From NCBI RefSeq assembly GCF_019464535.1, contig NZ_CP080507.1, forward strand, positions 1,800,001-1,832,000: DNA of 32,000 nt. Direction: 5' to 3'. The position numbers were made by a program, and so were the translations under genes. Shown piece by piece: positions 18,193 through 26,943 of the stretch. The notes beneath the pieces were generated by a model that was not told the DNA's origin, made no database searches, and was given only the letters and a program-made list of their open reading frames with translations. The stretch's first letter is position 1. Each line of letters begins with the position of its first letter. The DNA comes from Horticoccus luteus (GTDB lineage Bacteria; Verrucomicrobiota; Verrucomicrobiia; Opitutales; Opitutaceae).

Positions 18193-19199
18193 ACGAAGAC
18201 CGACAGGGTTCAGCAGATCGCGAACGTCGCCGCATTGATTTCGCAGCGGCGAAATGGGCTGTGTTGCACGATCGTGGCCTGACGGCCCGCGAGCAGGATG
18301 AGTTTCTGCAGTGGCTGGCATGTGATCGCCGTCACAGTGAGGCCTTCCGACGCCAGCAGGCAACGTGGTGTGAACTTGACGCGTTGGCGCAGTGGCGGCC
18401 GGAGCACAGTGTGCAGCCGAACCCGGGCCTGCTGGAGGAAAGAGCCGGACGAGGGCCCGGACGGTGGATCGCGTTGGCGCTCGCGGCGAGCGTCGCGTGC
18501 GGGCTCACGGCGTGGCACTTTCGCGCTTCGCCGCCACCCGGAGTTCCGGTCGCGGAAGCCACCGCGCTCAACTACGAACGCCGGGTGTTGAATGACGGAT
18601 CGGTGGTGGAGTTAAACCGCGGCGCGACGATCGAAGCGCACTACACACCAGGCGAACGTGAAATCTCGCTCGTGCGAGGAGAGGCCTTCTTCAAGGTGGC
18701 AAAGAACCCGCTGCGCCCATTCATCGTGCGAGCCAATGGCATCGCGGTGCAGGCCGTGGGGACGGCGTTTAATGTGCGGCTGGTCGACGGAGCGGTCGAC
18801 GTGCTCGTGACGGAAGGACGAGTCAAAATTGCGAACGGAGATGCGAGTGATCAAAACCCTCCGCTGCTGGTAGCTGCGGGGGAGCATACCCTGGTGCCGG
18901 TGCGTGGACATGGACCGGTCGCGGTCGCGAAGGCATCGGCCACCGAGATTTCCCAAGCGCTCGCCTGGCAGCCACAAATGCTGGATTTTTCGTCGACGCC
19001 GCTGGGCGACATGGTGGCGGAATTCAACCGACACAATCGCGTGCAGATCGTGATCGCTGACCCGACGTTGGCGCATCTCGCCATCGTGGGAGCCGTGCGC
19101 TCCGACAACGTGGACGGATTCGTGCGACTCTTGGAAACAGCGGCTGGGGTGCGTGCTGAGCGTTCCACTACAACGATTGTGCTGACGCGATCCCGTTGA
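18189..19199 (+). CDS. FecR-family transmembrane anti-sigma factor / sensor
   Basis: Track ORF 18144..19199. The ATG at 18189 overlaps the sigma gene's stop (ATGA). The N-terminal anti-sigma region is AAKWAVLHDRGLTAREQDEFLQWLACDRRHSEAF. The single TM is WIALALAASVACGLTAW. The FecR domain is LNDGSVVELNRGATIE...ISLVRGEAFFKVAKNPLRPFIV...AVQAVGTAFNV, and a C-terminal FecR_C-like segment follows. Confidence 0.88.
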   Translation: MNEDRQGSADRERRRIDFAAAKWAVLHDRGLTAREQDEFLQWLACDRRHSEAFRRQQATWCELDALAQWRPEHSVQPNPGLLEERAGRGPGRWIALALAASVACGLTAWHFRASPPPGVPVAEATALNYERRVLNDGSVVELNRGATIEAHYTPGEREISLVRGEAFFKVAKNPLRPFIVRANGIAVQAVGTAFNVRLVDGAVDVLVTEGRVKIANGDASDQNPPLLVAAGEHTLVPVRGHGPVAVAKASATEISQALAWQPQMLDFSSTPLGDMVAEFNRHNRVQIVIADPTLAHLAIVGAVRSDNVDGFVRLLETAAGVRAERSTTTIVLTRSR

Positions 19200-19276
19200 G
19201 TCGCGCGCTCGGGTTAAATTTCCTTTAGTGAGTTTCGCGTGGTCGGTCGTCTTGTCTGCGTTACCCGACAACAAAC

Positions 19277-21856
19277 ATGAAACTACCCATCCCTGCGTGG
19301 CCGCGGCTGCGCCTGTCTCCGTCCTCCGCGATCTATCATCTGGCCTGCATCGCGTTGTTTGCTCTCTCGTCGACCTTGCTGGTGGCGCAAAATCAAGTCC
19401 GCCGTCACTTTGACGTGCCGGCAGGCGAAGCGATCGAAACGCTCAAGACCGCGGCGCGTCAGGCGGAACTTGAGATTATGTTTCCCGCGGAAACCGTGCG
19501 CGGAGTTAAGACCAAAGCGGTCGAGGGCGACTACACGGTGATGGAAGCGCTCAACCGCATGCTCGCGGACACCGAACTCTATGTCGTGCGGGATGAGCAG
19601 TCAGGCGCACTTTCGGTGCTCCGACAGTCCCGAGCGCCCCAACAGCCACCGCGAACGGAAACGTCGACGTCAGGTAAGGCGGATGGGCCGATCCAATTGT
19701 CGGCTTTCGAAGTCACCGATCGGCGGACGCACGGTTATCAAGCCACGAGTTCCAACAGTGCGACCCGTCTTAACACACCGATCGTCGAGCTCTCCAAAAG
19801 CATTCAGGTTATCACCCGCGATCTAATCGATGACCTCAAGGTGACGGAGTTGAATGATGCCGTTTATCTCTCTTCCGCGGTATCGGAAACGAGTCCGTAT
19901 TCGGGACGACTAGCCGTGCGCGGATTTGAAAATGCGGCCGCGAAGAGAAATGGCTTGGGCAACTACGGCAGCGATGAGACGATTACGGATACGGCGACCA
20001 TTGAGCGCATCGAAGTGGTTAAAGGCCCGTCGTCGTTGCTCTACGGCAGTTCCAGTCCGGGAGGCGTCGTCAACTATGTGACCAAACAACCAATTTCATA
20101 CGCGCAGAACAGCGTTCGTTTGGTCGCCGGCTCGTTCGGCAAGCACCGGGCGGAGATCGATTCCGGAGGTCCTCTGATCGGCGACGGAAAGACCCTGAAC
20201 TACCGGTTGGTGGGTGCTTACAACGAAGAAGACAGCTTCGGCAAATACAATGGCGGCCAGCGCAGTGTCGTGGCGGGCAGCCTCCGCTGGCACATTACGC
20301 CTGATACCTACATTTTGGTTGGCGCTCAATTCGACCGCGGCGACCGCACCAACATTCGTCCGGGCAATTACCCCATCAGCCGGTCGAAGTTCGACGCCAA
20401 CGGAAACTTCGTCTCGTTACATGATCACTTCGAGCTGAGCAAAGAGGCACGCGATGAATGGGTTGGTGCCTTCTCGGGTCCTTACAATCGCCATCACTCC
20501 AGGGTCCAGCGCTATGATGCGGACGTTTTTCACAAGTTCACGAGTGAGCTAAGTCTTTTCGCGCACTATAGTTACATTGATAATAATCTACAGGAAGCCT
20601 ATTCTACATCCTCGGCCGAAGGTTGGCAGCAGAGCCCCTATGCGGTGGCGGGTCGCAATGAGATGCTGCAAGGCGGCTACTGGCGCACTCCACACCGTCG
20701 TTCCGGCAACGGCACGGTGACGCTAAACTACGATCTCAAACGGGAGAATTTCGAGACCCAGATCATCGCCGGCTGGGAGGGCTATATTTTTGATTTGAAA
20801 CAAGGCGATTACTCACAGGACGCCAAATACTGGCAGCTGGTGAACTTCGTCAATCAAACTGGCTACGGCCAAACCTGGGAAAATACTCTCGCGGGGCTCA
20901 ATGAGGGGATCGCCAATGGGCACTGGCACATCACCGATATTTATAATCGCACCCAAACGTATCAAGCTCCGTATCTTCTCCTGCACACGTATTTGATGGA
21001 TCGTCGCTTGAGAATCATCGCGGGTATTCGCCACGACGCCGTCACCATCAAGCAGATCTTCCATACGAAAGATGCGACGTCGTCGGATCCGTTCGCGCTT
21101 ACTGCTGGTTCGGTGTCTTCGAACAAAGCGTCCGCGACAACGCCCATGCTGGGCGTGTCCTATTCGCCGATCAAGGATCAGAAGGGATTCGTGGTGTTCG
21201 GCAATTACAGTGAGTCGCTTGTCGCCAACGAGATCACGAATCCAGATGGATCAAATCTGCCGCCGGAAATCGGCAAGGGTTGGGAGATCGGCACAAAGTT
21301 GGATTTGAACCAGCGCCTCTCGATGACGTTGAGCTACTATACTTCCGATCGAACCAATCTGGCGCGCGGCGTCCCCAATACATCACCGCAGCAATGGGTC
21401 GCCTCAGGCTTGCAACGTTCCAAGGGCTTCGACTTGGACCTCTTTTATGCGATCACGCCAGCATGGCAGTTGATTGCGAGCGCGACTACGATCGATGCTG
21501 TTTACATCGACGACGGTGACGCGGCCCTGATTGGCACGCGCCTGCCGAGTGTGTCGAAATGGAATTGGTCCGCGTGGACCAAGTATAATTTTACTGTTGG
21601 CAAGCTAAAGGGCCTCAGCCTCGGTGGCGGGCTCGTGTCGCGTGCCCAGTATCAGGTCTACGGAGCCAACTACCCCGGGATGATCGGCCCGGAGTTTACG
21701 CGCGTGGACCTGCTGGCGAACTATACGACGAAATTGAACGGCCATGACTTGGAGCTCAGTGTGAAGTTCAACAACATATTCGATAAAGTATACTTGGTCG
21801 GCCCGGTGTTTGGGCAACCGCGCAGCATTGAGACTTCCGTGACGATGAAATTCTGA
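19277..21856 (+). CDS. TonB-dependent outer-membrane receptor / transducer with an N-terminal STN signalling domain
   Basis: It has a signal peptide (LACIALFALSSTLLVAQ). The STN-like domain is FDVPAGEAIETLKTAARQAELEIMFPAETVRGVKTKAVEGDYTVMEALNRMLADTELYVV. The TonB-box-like segment is IQLSAFEVTD. The plug is IERIEVVKGPSSLLYGSSSPGGVVNYVTK. The beta-barrel ends in an aromatic residue (ETSVTMKF). Confidence 0.92.
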   Translation: MKLPIPAWPRLRLSPSSAIYHLACIALFALSSTLLVAQNQVRRHFDVPAGEAIETLKTAARQAELEIMFPAETVRGVKTKAVEGDYTVMEALNRMLADTELYVVRDEQSGALSVLRQSRAPQQPPRTETSTSGKADGPIQLSAFEVTDRRTHGYQATSSNSATRLNTPIVELSKSIQVITRDLIDDLKVTELNDAVYLSSAVSETSPYSGRLAVRGFENAAAKRNGLGNYGSDETITDTATIERIEVVKGPSSLLYGSSSPGGVVNYVTKQPISYAQNSVRLVAGSFGKHRAEIDSGGPLIGDGKTLNYRLVGAYNEEDSFGKYNGGQRSVVAGSLRWHITPDTYILVGAQFDRGDRTNIRPGNYPISRSKFDANGNFVSLHDHFELSKEARDEWVGAFSGPYNRHHSRVQRYDADVFHKFTSELSLFAHYSYIDNNLQEAYSTSSAEGWQQSPYAVAGRNEMLQGGYWRTPHRRSGNGTVTLNYDLKRENFETQIIAGWEGYIFDLKQGDYSQDAKYWQLVNFVNQTGYGQTWENTLAGLNEGIANGHWHITDIYNRTQTYQAPYLLLHTYLMDRRLRIIAGIRHDAVTIKQIFHTKDATSSDPFALTAGSVSSNKASATTPMLGVSYSPIKDQKGFVVFGNYSESLVANEITNPDGSNLPPEIGKGWEIGTKLDLNQRLSMTLSYYTSDRTNLARGVPNTSPQQWVASGLQRSKGFDLDLFYAITPAWQLIASATTIDAVYIDDGDAALIGTRLPSVSKWNWSAWTKYNFTVGKLKGLSLGGGLVSRAQYQVYGANYPGMIGPEFTRVDLLANYTTKLNGHDLELSVKFNNIFDKVYLVGPVFGQPRSIETSVTMKF

Positions 21857-21868
21857 CCGCCGGAGGAG

Positions 21869-22978
21869 TTGCAATCGCGGGCAAGGCACGTCGTGAAGGC
21901 GCTTCCGAATTGGTGGGGGAAGGCTCGCACGGCGGCCACGCTCGCGATGGCTCTGTCGTTTCTCGGAGTCCAGGCCGGCGCTTCTCCCACGCAATCTCAC
22001 ACCTTGGACAATGGTGCAATGGCGTTAGCTATTCAGAACCAAGGAGGCATCATCATAGCTCTAAGCGCAGCTGGAAGGCGGGAAAATTGGCTGGCTTCGA
22101 GGCAGCAGGAGAAGGGCACTGAGCGATATTTTGGCCATTTCCTCTGCTTTGACCGCTGGGGCCCTGTCACGGCGGACGAAGGCGCTCGGGGGCTATCGTA
22201 TCACGGCGAGGCTGGCGCGCTTACGTGGAAGTGGGGAAAAGTGACGGACACCATCGTGGAATTGAGCACCACACTCCCGGTAGCGCGCTTACGGGCGCGA
22301 CGAACCATACGAATGATCGACAGTGCGGGAATCGCGTCGATCACCAATGTGTTCCAAAACCCAACGGACGCGGTGCGCGACTACAACGTGGTCGAGCATG
22401 TGTTGCTCTCACCACATTGGTTGTCAGATGACGTCCGTTTGACGAGCAACGTTGTGCGTGGCTTCGTGCAAATCAACGGAGAGGAAGTTGCGGATTCTGA
22501 ATTCGAGTGGCCGAAAGCGCACGTTAAGGGCCGCGCTTGGGACCTGACGCAGAGCACGATGGCCGATGGGATCGTCGTTGCTTCATTGGTTTTCGCGAAA
22601 GGCACCGAATGGGGTTGGGTTTGCCTGCAGAACAGCCGGACGAGCGAACTGCTCGGTTACGTGTGGCGAGTGGCGGACTATCCGTGGTTGAACCTATATT
22701 GGGCGGTTGACCAGGGACGTGTCCTGGATCGGGGGATTGAGCCTGGGAGCACAGGGATGTCGCAGCCGATGGCCGTGTTGCAGGAAACGCGGACCAAATT
22801 AGGCGAGGCGATTCTTCGTTCGCTGCCTCCACGGGCAACGCGTTTGTATCGCATGTGGTGCATCGCTCTGCGAACTCCTCGCGACAGTGGCTCGGTAAAG
22901 ACGCTCGTCGTGAAGGATGAAGAGGTCTGTATTGATTTTAAACGAGCGGACCATACCATCGCTTTGCCCATGAATTGA
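21869..22978 (+). CDS. Hypothetical secreted protein, family not recognised (a galactose-mutarotase-like fold is only a guess)
   Basis: This 369-codon ORF follows the receptor gene by 12 nt on the same strand. It has a signal-peptide-like N-terminus (KARTAATLAMALSFLGVQA|GAS). The amino-acid composition looks protein-like, unlike the Arg/Pro-rich artefact ORFs. I see no diagnostic motif. The start is uncertain: TTG at 21869 (track) or GTG at 21893. Confidence 0.6.
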   Translation: MQSRARHVVKALPNWWGKARTAATLAMALSFLGVQAGASPTQSHTLDNGAMALAIQNQGGIIIALSAAGRRENWLASRQQEKGTERYFGHFLCFDRWGPVTADEGARGLSYHGEAGALTWKWGKVTDTIVELSTTLPVARLRARRTIRMIDSAGIASITNVFQNPTDAVRDYNVVEHVLLSPHWLSDDVRLTSNVVRGFVQINGEEVADSEFEWPKAHVKGRAWDLTQSTMADGIVVASLVFAKGTEWGWVCLQNSRTSELLGYVWRVADYPWLNLYWAVDQGRVLDRGIEPGSTGMSQPMAVLQETRTKLGEAILRSLPPRATRLYRMWCIALRTPRDSGSVKTLVVKDEEVCIDFKRADHTIALPMN

Positions 22979-22993
22979 TTGATAAAAAATAAC

Positions 22994-24019
22994 ATGATCA
23001 AATCAGCGATTATCGGGTGCAGTGCCCGCGCGGTGGAACACGCCGCGGCCTATGAACAATTGCCGGAGGCCACCGTGTGGGCTCTGTGTGATTCCAATGC
23101 GGAGCGACTGGCGTCCTTCCCCGGCGCGGTTCCGGTCGAGAGACGGTTCGCTACCGTTACTGCCCTTCTCGCCAATGGAATCCCGGATCTCGTCCATCTT
23201 ATCACACCGCCAACCGTTCGTCTGTCTATGATCCATCCGCTAGTGGATGCCGGGGTCAAAGCTATCATTGTCGAGAAGCCTCTCTCATGCTCACTGACGG
23301 AGGCAGACCAGATTGTGAATCTTTGTCAGCGCCACGGTGTCCGCCTGGCGGTTAACCATCAATTGACGTTTATGCCTAGCTACCGTCGAGCAAAGCAGCA
23401 CCTTGCTGACGGGTTTATCGGCAAACTAGAGCGTATACGCATATCGTGTAATGGCAGCCCCTACGAGCAAGGGACGCACATGCTCGACCTGGCAGATTTT
23501 TTTCTCGACCACGTGAAACCCGAGCGGGTGATCGGACAGATTGCCGGCGCGGAAAAACTGCAGGCGAGCCATCCTTCGCCGGAATACATGATCGGGCGAA
23601 TCTTGTTCGACGGCGGAGCGGCGGTCGATTTGGTCTTCGGCGACATCGCCGATCCTCGCGTAGCGCCTGAGTTCTTCTGGGTAGGCTGCCGCATCGAGAT
23701 CGTCGGCAGCAAGGGCATCATCGATCATCGGCTTTCGCACGGTTATCGTATCATGACCGAAGACAAGGCGCTGGTGATTGATTCCGCCTTCGACTACGGT
23801 CGCGAGAATGCTCAAGCGCAACTGGCGTTCACGAAGGCGTTCATCCAAAAACTCCTGAGCCGTCAGCCCGTTGACGTGACCGCCGGCGAACGGGCGCTCC
23901 AGCCGATTGCGCTGATGGAAGCATTGATAGAGTCGGCCGACCGCCACGAGTTGGTGAAGTTTCCCGTGCGGGCCTCGGGCGACATGGGTGCGCATCTGAA
24001 AAATATATTGAGCAAATGA
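22994..24019 (+). CDS. Gfo/Idh/MocA-family NAD(P)-dependent oxidoreductase
   Basis: The track ORF begins at TTG 22979; the ATG at 22994 gives MIKSAIIGCSARAVEHAAAY (N-terminal Rossmann motif). VHLITPPTVRLSMIHPLVDAGVKAIIVEKPL contains the family EKP motif. Confidence 0.87.
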   Translation: MIKSAIIGCSARAVEHAAAYEQLPEATVWALCDSNAERLASFPGAVPVERRFATVTALLANGIPDLVHLITPPTVRLSMIHPLVDAGVKAIIVEKPLSCSLTEADQIVNLCQRHGVRLAVNHQLTFMPSYRRAKQHLADGFIGKLERIRISCNGSPYEQGTHMLDLADFFLDHVKPERVIGQIAGAEKLQASHPSPEYMIGRILFDGGAAVDLVFGDIADPRVAPEFFWVGCRIEIVGSKGIIDHRLSHGYRIMTEDKALVIDSAFDYGRENAQAQLAFTKAFIQKLLSRQPVDVTAGERALQPIALMEALIESADRHELVKFPVRASGDMGAHLKNILSK

Positions 24020-24795
24020 AACCCAGCGTCGCCAGTCTTCTCTATATTAAATATTCACGGGCCGAGACATTTGCGTCGTTGCGACGTCTAGGTATCGGCC
24101 AGGTGGACCTATGGGATCATCCAGGCTTTGGCTCGCATGTTTCCGTATCCAATGATGACTCGGAGGAGGTTTTGAGCGACTTGGCGACCTATGGGCTGAA
24201 ACCTTCCGCGGTGTCTCTTTACGCAGCCGACCCGGAAACAATGCGCGCGGGAATCAAGTATGCGGCCAAAATCGGCGCCCCGCTAGTCGTGGCGGGGTTC
24301 AATGGCGCCACGACCGAGCAGTTTGCTGATTTCTTGCGGCCGCTCGCAGTGGAAGGTCGACGAGCGGAAGTTCGGGTGACGGTGGAAAACCACGTGGACA
24401 CGCCGTCGGATAGCATCGATCGGGTGAACGCTCTGTCGGCACTCGTGCCGGATATCGGTTATTGTTACGCGCCGCCGCATAGCGTCATCATGGGTGAGAA
24501 CCAACAGCAGAACGTCACTGCCTTGGGCGATCGAATGGCGATGTTTTATCTTTGGGACAGTCCTTGGATGGCGACGGGACTGACTTGGTTTCGCAACAAC
24601 TGGAATCGATTTTCCGAGGAACAGTTTCCCGGCCGTGGAAAGCTGACGTCCCAGTTTCCGGCTTTGCTGGAAACGTTAAGAGCCATCCGCTTCGATGGTC
24701 CGGTCAATTTTTGTGTGCACGGCAGTCGCGAATGGCCGATCGAAAAAACAGAACGGTTTCTGGCCGCTAGTATGAGGTTTCTTGGTCTGAGTTGA
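24016..24795 (+). CDS. Sugar phosphate isomerase/epimerase (xylose-isomerase-like TIM barrel family)
   Basis: The start overlaps the upstream stop (ATGA at 24016-24019). It matches the general pattern of the AP endonuclease 2 / xylose isomerase-like TIM family: LRRLGIGQVDLW, IKYAAKIGAPLVV, VRVTVENH and LRAIRFDGPVNFCVH. Confidence 0.78.
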   Translation: MKPSVASLLYIKYSRAETFASLRRLGIGQVDLWDHPGFGSHVSVSNDDSEEVLSDLATYGLKPSAVSLYAADPETMRAGIKYAAKIGAPLVVAGFNGATTEQFADFLRPLAVEGRRAEVRVTVENHVDTPSDSIDRVNALSALVPDIGYCYAPPHSVIMGENQQQNVTALGDRMAMFYLWDSPWMATGLTWFRNNWNRFSEEQFPGRGKLTSQFPALLETLRAIRFDGPVNFCVHGSREWPIEKTERFLAASMRFLGLS

Positions 24796-24914
24796 GACCG
24801 ACGACCAAGAAAAGATGGCGACAACACGAACCCGACGACGACGCGTTTCGTCAACTGTGCCGATGAACCCTTCGTCGCGTTCCACTCGGGCCGCCAACGC
24901 TTGAAGTCGGCGAA

Positions 24915-25001
24915 CGCCCGCGGAAATTTTAAATCGCGCGGCCGCGGGCGCCAGACACGCCCCCGGCCGGTCGTGAATGTGGAGGGGGCCCGGTGTCTGG
25001 C
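24915..25001. terminator. Two adjacent GC-rich hairpins between convergent genes (candidate bidirectional terminator)
   Basis: Hairpin 1 pairs CGCCCGCGG (24915-24923) with CCGCGGGCG (24942-24950), perfect 9-bp arms around an A/T-rich loop. Hairpin 2 pairs GCCAGACAC (24950-24958) with GTGTCTGGC (24993-25001), perfect 9-bp arms with an inner GCCCC/GGGGC stem. The site lies 17 nt beyond the htpG stop and 120 nt beyond the isomerase stop. There is no clear U-tract. Confidence 0.4.
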
Positions 25002-25017
25002 GATCGATGCGGAAAGG

Positions 25018-26859
25018 CTAGACGGTTTCCAAGAGCTTGTTGAGCCGTGCCACCATCGCGCTGGCGTCTTCGAGAAGACCGGCGCTGATCAATGCGTTGT
25101 CGAGGAGTTGCTCCGCGATAAGCTGGGCTTTTTCGGGCTCGGCGATGTGCGAGGCGGACAACCGCTTGATGATGGTATGGCGGGGATTGATTTCGAGGTT
25201 AACGCGGAGCGGAGAGTCGACCCCGTCTTTATTCATCGCCTTCATCATCCGGCGCATGTGCGGGGAGGTGAATTTGTCGGCGTTAAGGGCGAGCACCGGC
25301 GAGTCGACCAAGCGGTCGCTGGCTTTAACGTCCGCGACGCGTTGCCCCAATGTTTCCTGCATCCATTTCGTGAGCGCTTTGACGTCGTCTTCGCTCAATG
25401 CACCCTCGGGTTGGGGCAAATCACTCAACTTCACGTCGGCGTGATCGGCCGCCGTCAATTTTTTGCCGTCGAATTCGCGCACATTGTTCATCACGTATTC
25501 ATCGACGGATTCGTAGCAGAACAGGACCTCGAGATTGCGGGCCTTGAAGGCTTCGAGATACGGTCCGCTCTCGATCGCGGCGCGGTTTGGTCCGATGAGA
25601 TAGAAAATATCCTTCTGCTCGGCTGGCATGCGCGAAACGTAGTCGGCGAGGGTGGTGGTCTTGCCCTTTTCGGTCAGCGATGACTCGAAGCGCAGCAGTT
25701 TAACGAGTTGGTCTTTGTGCGCGAAATCCAGCGCGGCACCTTCCTTGAGAAAAATACCGAACTCGCCGTAGAATTCGTTGAACGCCTCGGGATGGTTCTG
25801 GGCCTCTTCGTCAAGGAATTTGATAAAGCGTTTCGTGATGACTTTATTAAGTTTATCAATGAGCGCCTTATCCTGCATGGTCTCGCGCGAGATGTTGAGC
25901 GGGATGTCTTCGCTATCGACCACGCCCTTGAGGAAGCGGAGCCATTCGGGCAGCAGATCCTTGGGCCGCGCGTCGATCAGCACCTTGCGGCAGTAGAGTG
26001 CGACGGCAGGTTCGAGACGGGCAAAGCCGAGTTTTTCGGTGTTTTCCTTGGGGACGAAGACCAAGGCGTTGATTGAAAGTGGGGCGTCGGCGCTGAAGTG
26101 GAGGCGGAGGCGCGGTTCCTCGGCGGCGTGGGTCTGGAACTTGTAGAAAGCGGTATATTCCTCGTCCTTGATTTCCTTTTTATTGCGGAGCCAGAGCGCC
26201 TGGATCGTGTTGACGCGTTTGCCGTTGAGGTTGATCGGGAACGAAACGAACGCACTGTAACGCTCGAGAATTTCTTTGACCTTCCAGTCCTCCGCAAAGT
26301 CGCCGCAATCATCCTTCAACTCGATGACGATCTTTGTGCCACGACGTTCGCCTTCGCTCGGTTCGACTTCATAGCTGCCGGAGCCATCGCTCGTCCACAC
26401 GTGGCCGGGCTCGTTAAGGCGCCAGGAGTGCGAGTAGACCTTCACCGACTTCGCGACCATGAATGCGGAATAGAAACCGACGCCGAACTGACCGATGAGG
26501 TTCGTATTTTTCTGGCCGCCTTCGCCCAGGGCTTTGAGAAACGCCTTCGAGCCGGAGTGTGCGATTGTGCCGAGATTTTCGATCAACTCCGCGCGCGTCA
26601 TGCCGACGCCGAAATCCTGCAGGGTGATGGTCTTGGCCTTGTCGTCGGTGGTGACGTTGATCTCCAGCTCGAGTTTGTCGTCGTAGATTTCCTTTTCCGT
26701 GAGTTGCAGATGGCGCAATTTTTCCAAGGCATCGGAAGCGTTGGAAACCAGCTCGCGGATGAAGATTTCCTTCTCCGTGTAGAGCGAGTGGATGACGATA
26801 TCGAGCAACTGCTTGATCTCGGCTTGGAACTCAAATTTCTGCGGCGCGGTAGTAGACAT
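25018..26859 (-). CDS. htpG: Molecular chaperone HtpG (Hsp90 family)
   Basis: FEFQAEIKQLLDIVIHSLYTEKEIFIRELVSNASDALEKLR is the canonical Hsp90 N-terminal signature. IGQFGVGFYSAFMVA and a full-length middle and C-terminal domain are present. Confidence 0.97.
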   Translation of the reverse strand: MSTTAPQKFEFQAEIKQLLDIVIHSLYTEKEIFIRELVSNASDALEKLRHLQLTEKEIYDDKLELEINVTTDDKAKTITLQDFGVGMTRAELIENLGTIAHSGSKAFLKALGEGGQKNTNLIGQFGVGFYSAFMVAKSVKVYSHSWRLNEPGHVWTSDGSGSYEVEPSEGERRGTKIVIELKDDCGDFAEDWKVKEILERYSAFVSFPINLNGKRVNTIQALWLRNKKEIKDEEYTAFYKFQTHAAEEPRLRLHFSADAPLSINALVFVPKENTEKLGFARLEPAVALYCRKVLIDARPKDLLPEWLRFLKGVVDSEDIPLNISRETMQDKALIDKLNKVITKRFIKFLDEEAQNHPEAFNEFYGEFGIFLKEGAALDFAHKDQLVKLLRFESSLTEKGKTTTLADYVSRMPAEQKDIFYLIGPNRAAIESGPYLEAFKARNLEVLFCYESVDEYVMNNVREFDGKKLTAADHADVKLSDLPQPEGALSEDDVKALTKWMQETLGQRVADVKASDRLVDSPVLALNADKFTSPHMRRMMKAMNKDGVDSPLRVNLEINPRHTIIKRLSASHIAEPEKAQLIAEQLLDNALISAGLLEDASAMVARLNKLLETV

Positions 26860-26943
26860 GGATGAAAGAGTAGATGCTTATAGGAAAGGGCGGAAACCCG
26901 CTAGTTTAGCAGGTTGCCCCAAAAATCAAGCCAGCGGAGCAAC

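Noticed and set aside
19200-19276. Searched for an ECF-type promoter (GAAC-like -35, CGTC-like -10) in front of the TonB-dependent transducer gene.
   Set aside because: A CGTC occurs at 19248-19251, but I could not find a convincing -35 element at the right spacing. The call would be speculative without a transcription start site.
24815-24904. 29-codon Arg-rich ORF (MATTRTRRRRVSSTVPMNPSSRSTRAANA) between the isomerase gene and htpG, with a superficially twin-arginine-like RRRR.
   Set aside because: It is too short to be a Tat substrate, has no hydrophobic region after the arginines and no clear ribosome-binding site, and its composition is typical of random G+C-rich sequence.
26860-26943. 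Looked for a sigma-32 heat-shock promoter (CTTGAAA...CCCCATNT) or a CIRCE/HrcA operator (TTAGCACTC-N9-GAGTGCTAA) upstream of htpG.
   Set aside because: Only a partial CTTGATT is present (minus strand, about 26930-26924), with no convincing -10 partner and no CIRCE-like inverted repeat. This is not enough to call a regulatory site.
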